From Nitrospinota bacterium (GTDB lineage: Bacteria; Nitrospinota; Nitrospinia; UBA9942): a DNA stretch of 64,000 bases. A program made the position numbers and the translations under genes. The DNA lies in the NCBI GenBank assembly GCA_016194325.1, contig JACQBS010000105.1, positions 9,419 through 73,418 of the forward strand. Direction: 5' to 3'. Shown in pieces: positions 47,866 through 55,980 of this stretch. The notes under the pieces are model-generated. The model was not told the origin of the DNA, made no database searches, and saw only the letters and a list, made by a program, of their open reading frames with translations. Positions within the stretch are counted from its first letter, which is position 1, and each line of letters begins with the position of its first letter.

Positions 47866-48313
47866 CTATCTCCTGATTCACTTCCTCAAATTCTTTTGAT
47901 ATAACCTCCCCTCCCTTGATGGGAGGGGATTGAGGGGAGGGTGATGATTTCCCCTTTTTTACATTTTCAGTTGATTTCTGACTCTCAACGCTTTCCCTTA
48001 AACTGTCTATTTTCCTGAGTCTCTTAATAACCTTCTCTTTTTCTTTCAGCCTTGAGCTGCAAAGGCTTTGAGCATTTTTAATCTCATTCTGTAAATTTTT
48101 AATTGTCGTCAGGTTTGTGGTATTGGCTTCTCCGCATCCCTTCAAATCAGCTTCCAATTTTTCAATTTTAACTTCAAGTCTTGAGCTATGAGCTTTACCA
48201 TATTCAATCCTTATGCCCTGTATATGCCATGCAATGACAAAGCCGACAAATAGGGCAGCCACAGATGAAACAATGTATCTCCAGTATTTGAAAACAAAAT
48301 ATAGCCCTGTCAT
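47780..48313 (-). CDS. Inner-membrane spanin subunit candidate (Rz-like)
   Basis: N-terminal transmembrane segment, long coiled coil, Pro-rich C-terminus; overlaps the o-spanin gene. Confidence 0.5.
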   Translation of the reverse strand: MTGLYFVFKYWRYIVSSVAALFVGFVIAWHIQGIRIEYGKAHSSRLEVKIEKLEADLKGCGEANTTNLTTIKNLQNEIKNAQSLCSSRLKEKEKVIKRLRKIDSLRESVESQKSTENVKKGKSSPSPQSPPIKGGEVISKEFEEVNQEIDGEKDSDIADDPILFELNRMFDTAGDQD

Positions 48314-48318
48314 TTTTC

Positions 48319-48696
48319 TTAAAATTCCCCTCTTTTAATCTCGTTCCCATGCTCTGCGTGGGAACGCATCTCCTGATTTGACTCCCGACTCCCGACTCCT
48401 GACTGCTCTTTTATATAAGCTTCATAACACCTAATACACTCATCTCTATCCCTCTCTGGCTTCCCTATTTCACAATTTGGACAACTGTGTCTTTTACTGC
48501 ATTCAGCAAATTCAGACCAGGTGAGAACAGGACTGTTCGGGGAACACTTCTTACCAGTATTCATAACTTCCGACTCCTGACTCCCGACTCCTGTATTGTC
48601 TTCCAATTTCAAAAATTTCTTTTGAATACTCGTAATTAATCTCGCAGGCAGGACGACTCTTTCTTGTTCCCACGCTCTGCGTTGGAACAAAGACAA
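48319..48696 (-). CDS. Small Zn-ribbon protein (CPNC...CIRC) flanked by repeat elements; the coding status is uncertain
   Basis: ORF overlaps the endolysin 3' end by 146 nt. Both of its ends lie in 23-bp palindromes and GACTCC heptads. Confidence 0.3.
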   Translation of the reverse strand: MSLFQRRAWEQERVVLPARLITSIQKKFLKLEDNTGVGSQESEVMNTGKKCSPNSPVLTWSEFAECSKRHSCPNCEIGKPERDRDECIRCYEAYIKEQSGVGSRESNQEMRSHAEHGNEIKRGEF

Positions 48697-49246
48697 TATC
48701 CCTTCTTTTACAGGCTTTGTATGCCTTTGCCCAATCGCAAGAGCCAGCCCTCTTAATCTCTATATTCACAAGTGTCCCGCCGTTGTATATCTGATACATC
48801 ACCCATAGCTTTTTGCAGATTGCCTGCTCATAGCATTGTTTATTGATATAAGCCTGTGCCCTCAGGTGATTTGAAATTGTCTTAATTTCAGGGATGCCCT
48901 CCCTTTCTAACTCCCTTTTCCAGATTCTGAAGGTAATCTGTGCAACCCCTTCAGAGCCAATGCCATCTGAGCTTAAAATATTTTCCCTGCAAAGGCTTTC
49001 TTTATGCAGTTGTGCAACTGAATATTCATAAGGGAAGTCTATTCCAAAATAGAAATTGTGAAATCGTTTCACATCATGGGCATATTGTTTACACAGCTGA
49101 AACGCCAGAGCATCAGAGCAGTAGAACTGCAGAGCAACAGCCAGCAATGTCATTCCTGCGAAACTTGTCCCTGCATGCTTTAAGCGGGGAGCAGGAATCC
49201 AGCTTCTTCTGTCTTCTTGCCTCTTGCCTCTTGCATCTTCTGCCAT
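48551..49246 (-). CDS. Endolysin, lytic transglycosylase (SLT domain)
   Basis: The AQLHKESLCRENILSSDGIGSEGVAQI block resembles the SLT catalytic E-S...G-Q motif region. The true start is probably an internal Met. Confidence 0.55.
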   Translation of the reverse strand: MAEDARGKRQEDRRSWIPAPRLKHAGTSFAGMTLLAVALQFYCSDALAFQLCKQYAHDVKRFHNFYFGIDFPYEYSVAQLHKESLCRENILSSDGIGSEGVAQITFRIWKRELEREGIPEIKTISNHLRAQAYINKQCYEQAICKKLWVMYQIYNGGTLVNIEIKRAGSCDWAKAYKACKRRDIVFVPTQSVGTRKSRPACEINYEYSKEIFEIGRQYRSRESGVGSYEYW

Positions 49247-49537
49247 TTATCCTCCGATACTATACGCATATATAAAAATCACATATAGGGCAATTACCAA
49301 TAGCTTCTTCATCCTGTCATCATCGGGGTCTTCCCAGTCTACGCTGGGGAATGCAAGCTTTCTCGTTATATGTGCATGTATAAAACCTGTGCTGACGAGA
49401 AGCATCTTTGAAATTAACACTTGAGCCGGTGCAGATAGGATTTTGTAAAAATCTGTGAACAGCAGAAACACAAGTATGATAAGAAGTATGCTGTCAGGCA
49501 ATACCCTTTTGATTGCAGATATATAACTATTTTTCAT
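49247..49537 (-). CDS. Holin candidate
   Basis: 96 aa with 2-3 transmembrane segments immediately upstream of the endolysin. Confidence 0.4.
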   Translation of the reverse strand: MKNSYISAIKRVLPDSILLIILVFLLFTDFYKILSAPAQVLISKMLLVSTGFIHAHITRKLAFPSVDWEDPDDDRMKKLLVIALYVIFIYAYSIGG

Positions 49538-49681
49538 AAATCCTCCTTGTATGTGAATGTAGGGCAGCAGGGCTTTAAGTCCTGCTTATGTAGAGGCAAG
49601 AATATCAGAAGTGGTTTTGAGGGATTGTAAATCCTGCTAAAAAGTATTATAATTTTAAAAACTCATTAGGGGAGGTGCAAC

Positions 49682-50563
49682 ATGGTTAAAAGAATCTTAT
49701 TTTTATTATTATTCTTTTTGAGTGTTTCTTCGTTCCCTACATTAGCGATGCCCGAAGAACAACTGCTTTATAACACATTAGAGGCATGGGATAAGAATAG
49801 TAAAAATGACCAGAAGAATCTGATCGAAGTTTTAAAATTGTATGATATTGACACAGGTTTCATGACATCTCGCAAACCAAAGGATGATGTCATAAAAGAG
49901 GAACTTCTACAAATTATGCGGTCGTATAAATATGGCAATTATCGTGATACCGGGAGATTAAAGAAATTTACTGATAACGATGAAATATATGCAAAATTTG
50001 CCAACCTTTTTAATGATGTAAAAAGTATATTAGAGAAACATCCAACTCTTTCTGTGGCAGAGCGTGGAAATTTGAAAAAAAAACAGGCTGTAGAAGCTTT
50101 TAAAGAAAAGAAACGGCAGGAAGAATTAGCCCGCCAAAAAGAAGAGGAGGACTTAAATAAAGTTGCGGAGGAGGAAGCTAAAGAAACACAGGAGATATAT
50201 GAAAAGATGAGCAAAAAAGCAAAGCAGCTTGGATATTCACTCGGAGTTTGTAAGGGTATTTACGATACCATAGTTAATATCTCTGACGGAACTCAATCAT
50301 TTGAATCTGCCAAAAAATGTTTAATCAGCCCTGGTGGATATGATATTTTTAGAGTTCAAAGTTTGGCAGGAAATTTTATAATTTATATGCATGAAAGACG
50401 GGGACAGCAATTTGCATTAATCAAAGAGCAAGGTAAATTTTATGGTGATAGCTCGCTTTTAGAAAATGGGTTTTTCAAAATTATAGACACCCAACGATTT
50501 ACAACCATATTAGGCTCGGAGAAAGAATTGCTTGTTTTTAAAAGGGTGAATTTTGAATACTGA
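49682..50563 (+). CDS. Secreted protein encoded opposite to the phage genes (moron candidate)
   Basis: Signal peptide MVKRILFLLLFFLSVSSFPTLA; charged coiled-coil centre. Confidence 0.4.
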   Translation: MVKRILFLLLFFLSVSSFPTLAMPEEQLLYNTLEAWDKNSKNDQKNLIEVLKLYDIDTGFMTSRKPKDDVIKEELLQIMRSYKYGNYRDTGRLKKFTDNDEIYAKFANLFNDVKSILEKHPTLSVAERGNLKKKQAVEAFKEKKRQEELARQKEEEDLNKVAEEEAKETQEIYEKMSKKAKQLGYSLGVCKGIYDTIVNISDGTQSFESAKKCLISPGGYDIFRVQSLAGNFIIYMHERRGQQFALIKEQGKFYGDSSLLENGFFKIIDTQRFTTILGSEKELLVFKRVNFEY

Positions 50564-50577
50564 AGGTAAGAGTTGTT

Positions 50578-51297
50578 CTACAGATATATTGACAGGTCTT
50601 TTTTGATATAAAATTTCTTTCTATAACTTTTAAGCGCTCTTACAACTTCCTTTGTAAATCGCCTCCAATCAATTCTATCCGCCTCTGTACTGTGATTCCA
50701 TTTGCCAACTCGGTACTCATTTACAAAACTGTGCGTCATGCGGATCAATTCAATCGTTTGTGCTGGATCAATTACCGGCTCCAGAGATACCCATGTATCA
50801 ATCCCCAGTGCATAAGCTGATTTGAGTGCATATATGCGGTCATTTGTCAATGCAGCCATGGGTTCATATTTTTTACTATCCTCTATCTCTACAAAGGTAA
50901 GAGTGCATCCATATTTACTGAGATTCCTTTTATAGATGAGTATACAGAAGTCGCACATACTGTTGTGACCGCCCTTCGTCAGAATATTTACTTTGACTCC
51001 TGCGCTGTGCAACACCTCAATAGCCTGCTTTGTAAGTTGTTCAGTCAACTCTATTAACTGATAAGGGTCTGTTGTAAAGCACAGCAGCACCTCCCTGCCA
51101 GTATAGAGATTCGCTTCTTTCTTTATGGCTTCTATAATTCCTATGCGGGGAGAGGGGCTTAAAAAGTTTTCCCTTGTTTTATGTAATATTGTTGGAGCAT
51201 AACAGTAAATACATCCGTGTGAGCAGCCATTATAGAGATTCACTGCCAGCGCACAGTATTCCTTAGCCCGACCATTTGTCTCGTAAATCGCTTTCAT
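50578..51297 (-). CDS. Radical SAM protein (SplB/DNA photolyase-like family)
   Basis: CSHGCIYC (Cx3Cx2C) motif near the N-terminus; 239 aa. Confidence 0.6.
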   Translation of the reverse strand: MKAIYETNGRAKEYCALAVNLYNGCSHGCIYCYAPTILHKTRENFLSPSPRIGIIEAIKKEANLYTGREVLLCFTTDPYQLIELTEQLTKQAIEVLHSAGVKVNILTKGGHNSMCDFCILIYKRNLSKYGCTLTFVEIEDSKKYEPMAALTNDRIYALKSAYALGIDTWVSLEPVIDPAQTIELIRMTHSFVNEYRVGKWNHSTEADRIDWRRFTKEVVRALKSYRKKFYIKKDLSIYL

Positions 51298-51536
51298 CTA
51301 TCCTCCATATTAAACGGATGCCTCCGCTCGAGATAATCAATTAAAGCATTTGCAGGTATCCGCCATGTGCCGCCAATCTTTGAGCCGTCTATCTCTCCGA
51401 AAGTTATCAATCTCCATAAAGTTATATAATTCACTTTCAAAATATCGGCAGCATCCTTTACCGTGTAAAAACAAGGTCCTTTACTCATTTCCTTCTTTAT
51501 CGTTTCTATCTCAAATAACTCAGACTGCCTTGCCAT
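51294..51536 (-). CDS. Excisionase/MerR-type HTH DNA-binding protein
   Basis: 80 aa with an HTH_17-like VKDAADILKVNYITLWRLI segment. Confidence 0.5.
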   Translation of the reverse strand: MARQSELFEIETIKKEMSKGPCFYTVKDAADILKVNYITLWRLITFGEIDGSKIGGTWRIPANALIDYLERRHPFNMEDR

Positions 51537-51558
51537 GTTTAATACCCCTCAAAAAGCT

Positions 51559-51834
51559 TCAGTTGTTCTGGCCATCTATAAGCCCCCCCCCCAGATGGAT
51601 AGCAAAGCATTGAGGGGTTTGGATTATTGCTTTTACAGCATCAGGCGTTTCAATAGTCTCAATCTTTATAACTCTAAAAGCATTGCATTTTCTGCCACAT
51701 AAAAACATAATAATGCTATGAAATTTTCCATTTACCCTTTTCTGCCAAAAAGCACTATTAGCACGATACTCTATCGTCTTTGTTCCAGCCTTAATTTGCT
51801 CAAGATATTCTCTTTTAATGGTGGTTGCTATCAT
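51559..51834 (-). CDS. ASCH-like domain protein (putative)
   Basis: 91 aa; a KAGTKTIEYR block resembling ASCH. Confidence 0.3.
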   Translation of the reverse strand: MIATTIKREYLEQIKAGTKTIEYRANSAFWQKRVNGKFHSIIMFLCGRKCNAFRVIKIETIETPDAVKAIIQTPQCFAIHLGGGLIDGQNN

Positions 51835-51849
51835 TCCATTTAATCGGCA

Positions 51850-52053
51850 TTATATTGAAATCCTGTTCAAAGTTATTAATTTGTGCTTTTTCAGATTTAG
51901 CATAATAATGCCATTGGCTTCATCAAAAGTAATGCCAACTTCATCAGCTGCTTGACCAATAGTTTTGCCTTGCCATATCAGATCAAGGAATTTATGTCTC
52001 CTGTCTATCTCAAGCCGTTGGGCCTTATACTTACATTCCTGCCGCCAATTCAT
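51850..52053 (-). CDS. Small hypothetical protein
   Basis: ORF only. Confidence 0.25.
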   Translation of the reverse strand: MNWRQECKYKAQRLEIDRRHKFLDLIWQGKTIGQAADEVGITFDEANGIIMLNLKKHKLITLNRISI

Positions 52054-52065
52054 TGCCGTATGTCC

Positions 52066-52443
52066 TCATTTTTGATCAAGTGCATTTTGAAACTCCAGCC
52101 TTGATTGATAAAATATATCTTCAAGGCTTATTTTTTGCAGCTTTGCAGCCCTTTCAAGAATTGATATTCCCCTATGCCTCAATGACCTTGTAGCCTCTCT
52201 GACTTCGCCCTCTGTCTCTGCAATATAAAAGCCTGGAGGATTCCCCACTGAGCTTGCTATTAAGGCTTCATGCTCCATGATGAGATGCCGTATCATCTGC
52301 CTGACTTCAACCTCTTTGAAACTGGTCATACCTGCCAGATACCGCACAGACAGGGCATTTGCCCGCCCCTTCCGTATAAGACATAAAATCTGCCTCTCCT
52401 CGTGGGTTAAGCTACTCTCAAAATCTAAACTTAATTGGCTCAT
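52066..52443 (-). CDS. Hypothetical phage early-region protein
   Basis: ORF only. Confidence 0.3.
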   Translation of the reverse strand: MSQLSLDFESSLTHEERQILCLIRKGRANALSVRYLAGMTSFKEVEVRQMIRHLIMEHEALIASSVGNPPGFYIAETEGEVREATRSLRHRGISILERAAKLQKISLEDIFYQSRLEFQNALDQK

Positions 52444-52655
52444 ACCTCTGGTGGTATTCCTAACATTTCATACCAATGATTTGCAGCTTCTTCCAGGTTG
52501 GACACCGGATAGCCACATGCTACACAAGAACCATGACGCAGAGTCTTTAGTATCATCACTACACCCATTCCGTGACATTTTAAATAATGTCCTTCTTTTC
52601 CCTCAAGATATACTTTAATAGGTTCAGTAAACGCTATCTCAAGCTGCTCCACCAT
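52440..52655 (-). CDS. Small hypothetical protein
   Basis: ORF only. Confidence 0.25.
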   Translation of the reverse strand: MVEQLEIAFTEPIKVYLEGKEGHYLKCHGMGVVMILKTLRHGSCVACGYPVSNLEEAANHWYEMLGIPPEV

Positions 52656-52763
52656 CTCTTAACCCTCTCCCACCACGATACTTTTTTGTTATCTATCTTT
52701 CTTAAATGCCTCTCTCTTATCAGGGCATCAATGGCTTTTCCATTCGGCAGAATAAGTTTGATT

Positions 52764-53033
52764 TTAATCATGTTCCCTCTCAACCTTCTGTGTCGTCAAA
52801 ACCCTTGCGGGATTAAGCTCCGCAAGCGTTGCGATAACAGCCGCACTGCTCTCGTTATCGCTAATAACACAATGCAGCTCACCATCCAGATATATATAGA
52901 TTTCCTTAATCACGCCGCCTCCTTCATTAATCCACTCGACAGGACAACCACACCTTTCGTGTGTTTCTTCGTAGGTCACCTGCCTTTCATTTATTTCACT
53001 TTCACAATTATTGCAATACCAGTATCCTGACAT
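52764..53033 (-). CDS. Small Zn-ribbon protein
   Basis: CNNC...CGC cysteine pairs. Confidence 0.3.
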   Translation of the reverse strand: MSGYWYCNNCESEINERQVTYEETHERCGCPVEWINEGGGVIKEIYIYLDGELHCVISDNESSAAVIATLAELNPARVLTTQKVEREHD

Positions 53034-53044
53034 AATTTTTAAAA

Positions 53045-53092
53045 TCCCCTCACCTTTCTCCTCTCCCCAGAGGGGGGAGGCAGGGTGAGGGG
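53045..53092. terminator. GC-rich imperfect palindrome CCCCTCACC...GGTGAGGGG (hairpin, terminator candidate)
   Basis: Read directly; intergenic. Confidence 0.3.
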
Positions 53093-53611
53093 CTATGCTG
53101 CCTCCTTTTTAATCTCCTCAAATTCAAATCTTACACTTGGAGATTTTTCTTTTACTATTAGATGCTTTGCAATCTCCTTGCCTCTATCCCCATCAGCAGC
53201 AAGCTCTATGAGCTTCATTGTTCCCTCATACTTAATCTTTGTCCGAACCAAATCGGGAAACCTATCTCCGAGCAGCCTTTTAACCTCATCAATATGCTCC
53301 TCGTCAATTACACACTCATTACCAAAAGTTACGCTGCATATTATTCCGTCAACGGCGAATCTCAGTGTCCCGTTTTCTTCAAGATAGTTTCTTGCAGCAT
53401 CTTCTATGTAATCCTTGAGTTCGTCATACTGATGTTTCATCTCCTTCAAATCTGTGTTCAGATTCCACGCCTCATTGATAACCTCCGCCAGCTTTACATC
53501 CTCTATTTTCCACTGCTCTCTGCCTTTCTTGATGATTACTTCTTTCCACTTTTCACCGACTCCCGACTCTTGACTCCCGACTCCCGATAACATCTCTTTA
53601 ATTAACCCCAT
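53093..53611 (-). CDS. Gam-like host-nuclease inhibitor (putative)
   Basis: 172 aa (Mu Gam is 174); N-terminal coiled coil; a C-terminal LVRTKIKYEGTMKLI block loosely resembles Mu Gam FIRTKQEINKEAI. The match is weak. Confidence 0.3.
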   Translation of the reverse strand: MGLIKEMLSGVGSQESGVGEKWKEVIIKKGREQWKIEDVKLAEVINEAWNLNTDLKEMKHQYDELKDYIEDAARNYLEENGTLRFAVDGIICSVTFGNECVIDEEHIDEVKRLLGDRFPDLVRTKIKYEGTMKLIELAADGDRGKEIAKHLIVKEKSPSVRFEFEEIKKEAA

Positions 53612-53617
53612 ATTTAT

Positions 53618-53866
53618 TCACCCCCTTTTTTTATTTTCCCTCTCAACTGCCTTAATACACATATCAAGCATCTTATGAAGCTCGGTCTTTGAGTAATCTT
53701 TACAAACCCTCGCCTCAAAAACAAACCAATAAAGGCTCAACATTATGCTGCGAAGCACTGTATTTGTCTTATTAAATTCGAGGACTTGTTTAAACTCTTT
53801 TCTCTCTTTGTTAAGCCTTCTTACCACTTCCGCCTTACCCTTTAACTTCGCTGACATCGTCGCCAT
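53618..53866 (-). CDS. Small hypothetical protein
   Basis: ORF only. Confidence 0.25.
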   Translation of the reverse strand: MATMSAKLKGKAEVVRRLNKERKEFKQVLEFNKTNTVLRSIMLSLYWFVFEARVCKDYSKTELHKMLDMCIKAVERENKKRG

Positions 53867-53869
53867 TTC

Positions 53870-54259
53870 TCATCCCTCCTTTTTTTCAAAATACAGTTCT
53901 ACCGTCTGGTGATGTAATTTGTAGAGCACTTTAGGATTAAGCCAGTCAGAGTCTCTTACATCATCAGGCACAAGTCCTACTGCATCACCAACAAAAAATA
54001 CTTTCCCCTCACCGAGCGTAAATTTCTGCCCCACTTTCGGTGTTGACGGGAAAAAACCCCTTACCAAATCGCCTATATGCATTGACTTTCTTGTTTTTAT
54101 AACTTTTGCCGTAAGCTTGCCATGCTGATTATTAATTGATTTATCTAAAAAACGACAATATTTGTCGCACCACTCATCAAAAAAGAGAAAAACGGTTCCG
54201 TATCTATCACTTATCCTTTCTTTTCTGTCCCAATTTAAAACACCTTTACCAATGTACAT
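53870..54259 (-). CDS. Hypothetical protein
   Basis: ORF only. Confidence 0.3.
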   Translation of the reverse strand: MYIGKGVLNWDRKERISDRYGTVFLFFDEWCDKYCRFLDKSINNQHGKLTAKVIKTRKSMHIGDLVRGFFPSTPKVGQKFTLGEGKVFFVGDAVGLVPDDVRDSDWLNPKVLYKLHHQTVELYFEKKEG

Positions 54260-54262
54260 CCT

Positions 54263-54790
54263 TCATCCCTCCTTTCTCTGTGGGGCTGCAAATGTTACTA
54301 TCACAACCCTTTTTCCAAATCCCTTTGCCTTTTTGTAATTCCCCATGAAGATGTCTATCCTGTTGCCCTTGATTTTTCCTCCTGTGTCCTCTGCCTTGAA
54401 CCACCCCATCCCCTCAATATAAACTTCGCTGCCAAGCGGAATCACAGCAGGGTCAACCGCTACTACTCCGATTCTTGCAACCGTCCCTGTCGCAGTTCTT
54501 CCATCCTGCCACTTTGAAACATTGATGCAAATGTGCGAGTTGCAATAGGCAGTCGCAATAAAGGTTTTAGTCATAAATTTCTTATTGAGCCTTTCGTTTT
54601 CCTCTCTTAATTCTTTTAGCGAGTCAGCCGCCTCTTGCATCTCTGCCTTAATCTGCATCCTTAAATTTTCCGTCTGCTTAAAGTGCCAGAAATATCCTGC
54701 AGCTATCCCTGTAACCAGCAGTATCATCGCTACTGCTATTTTGTTTATTTCTATTCTTTCAAACCGCAAATCCGTCATATCCCCCATCAC
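54263..54790 (-). CDS. Membrane-anchored 3D-domain protein (MltA/YuiC-like cell-wall-binding or lytic domain)
   Basis: N-terminal transmembrane segment; the C-terminal YCNSHIC...GTATGT...IAVDPAVIPLGS...DTGG pattern is typical of the 3D domain. Confidence 0.5.
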   Translation of the reverse strand: MMGDMTDLRFERIEINKIAVAMILLVTGIAAGYFWHFKQTENLRMQIKAEMQEAADSLKELREENERLNKKFMTKTFIATAYCNSHICINVSKWQDGRTATGTVARIGVVAVDPAVIPLGSEVYIEGMGWFKAEDTGGKIKGNRIDIFMGNYKKAKGFGKRVVIVTFAAPQRKEG

Positions 54791-54965
54791 CTCCCTTTTT
54801 GTAATCGCTCTCTTCAGCCATGAGCATTATCCCCACAGCCCCAATCACTACCCCGATAATTATCCCCACTGCCAGCCATGTTAAAAACATCTCCTCACCC
54901 CCCATATCTCCTGCATCCGTAGCACTCATGCGGATGCCTGATTTGATAGATAATACAAACTGCAA
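54759..54965 (-). CDS. Small membrane protein
   Basis: ORF with one transmembrane helix. Confidence 0.25.
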   Translation of the reverse strand: MQFVLSIKSGIRMSATDAGDMGGEEMFLTWLAVGIIIGVVIGAVGIMLMAEESDYKKGGDGGYDGFAV

Positions 54966-55040
54966 AGTCTGTGTATCCCTGACAATTCTGGCTGTTTCCA
55001 GAACAGCCCCTCCGCCCTTTTTTCCTTAATCTCCTCTGCT

Positions 55041-55664
55041 TCATATCCCCTCCCTTTCCCCGCTTAATGACTGCGGGGACATGCCTTTTTCAACCTTCCT
55101 TAAAAATCCAAAACATACCTTCAGCTCCTTTATACTGCAAAGCCCTACATCCCATTTATCGAACGCCTTTCGGCAAAACCCTTTTAGCCTGTTCTCCCAG
55201 TATTCCCCTAAAATCTTTTCCGCCTCCCTCTTTAATGCCTCTGCCATCCTTCTCCTCACATTATTCACAGCGCCCTTTAATGAAACCCTTTTTGAGGCTT
55301 GGAATCCTACGGTTTTAAAAGCTTCCAGCACCCTGCGAAGCTCCTTCCCTGTCATATCCTTACAGGATATTTTTTTTGTGAGCCTGAACAATGCGCGCCT
55401 GTAATCAAGGTCTTCCACCTGCCTTAAGTCTTCGCCATGACATTTCTGGCACATGACATAAAAGGTGTAGGTATTGCAGCTCTTACAAATCTTCATATCT
55501 TTTTTTGCAATATGTATCTTTGCAATCATCTCCCTGCGATATTTAAAATCTTTAACTACGCTTTTCTTCCTCTGGTGACTGCCGGCTACTGACTGCTGAC
55601 TACTGACTACTGACTGCCGACTGCTGATTGCTATCACCTTACCCATATTCATCACCTCACTCAT
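55041..55664 (-). CDS. GemA-like regulatory protein (Mu gp16 / DUF1018 family)
   Basis: Duplicated YRREMIAKIHIAKKDM ... YRRALFRLTKKISCKDMTGKELRRVLEAFKTVGF blocks match the GemA pattern. Confidence 0.55.
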   Translation of the reverse strand: MSEVMNMGKVIAISSRQSVVSSQQSVAGSHQRKKSVVKDFKYRREMIAKIHIAKKDMKICKSCNTYTFYVMCQKCHGEDLRQVEDLDYRRALFRLTKKISCKDMTGKELRRVLEAFKTVGFQASKRVSLKGAVNNVRRRMAEALKREAEKILGEYWENRLKGFCRKAFDKWDVGLCSIKELKVCFGFLRKVEKGMSPQSLSGEREGI

Positions 55665-55665
55665 T

Positions 55666-55747
55666 ATTAGCGTATAGCGATTAGCGGTTAGCGGTTAGCG
55701 GTTAGTTACTATACGCTATACGCTATACGCTATACGCTATACGCTAT
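55666..55747. repeat. Heptamer tandem arrays (TAGCGGT)x3 and (ATACGCT)x5 in inverted orientation
   Basis: Read directly; intergenic. Confidence 0.6.
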
Positions 55748-55980
55748 TTAAGTATTCTCGGCCGCTCCCTTAGCTCCCTATCTATAAGGCAGTAAAGTGG
55801 GCTCCTTCCTCTTTTCCCAATCTGTTTAATGAACCCTTCCTTCTTATAAATACACATAATCAGCTTTACATAGAGCCTCTTAATCCCTGTAACCTGTGCA
55901 ATTTCATTGACTGTCCAGATTGGGGAATACCTCCACGCCCTCCATATCCTGTCTGCTTTTTCACCATATTTCTCCCTCAT
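55744..55980 (-). CDS. Small winged-HTH-like protein
   Basis: 78 aa, basic. Confidence 0.3.
   Translation of the reverse strand: MREKYGEKADRIWRAWRYSPIWTVNEIAQVTGIKRLYVKLIMCIYKKEGFIKQIGKRGRSPLYCLIDRELRERPRILK

Noticed and set aside
47908-47928. Perfect hairpin CCCCTCCC-TTGAT-GGGAGGGG as a terminator
   Set aside because: It lies inside the i-spanin coding region, where it encodes SPPIKGGE, not in an intergenic position.
53093-53611. Confident assignment as Mu Gam
   Set aside because: Only the length and a short C-terminal block resemble Gam. Its position relative to the gemA-like gene differs from Mu. It was left as a low-confidence call.
38321-55747. Possible CRISPR array suggested by the many short tandem repeats in the prophage
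   Set aside because: The repeats are 7-18 bp units, directly tandem without unique spacers. Most lie inside ORFs, where they encode peptide repeats. No cas genes are present.
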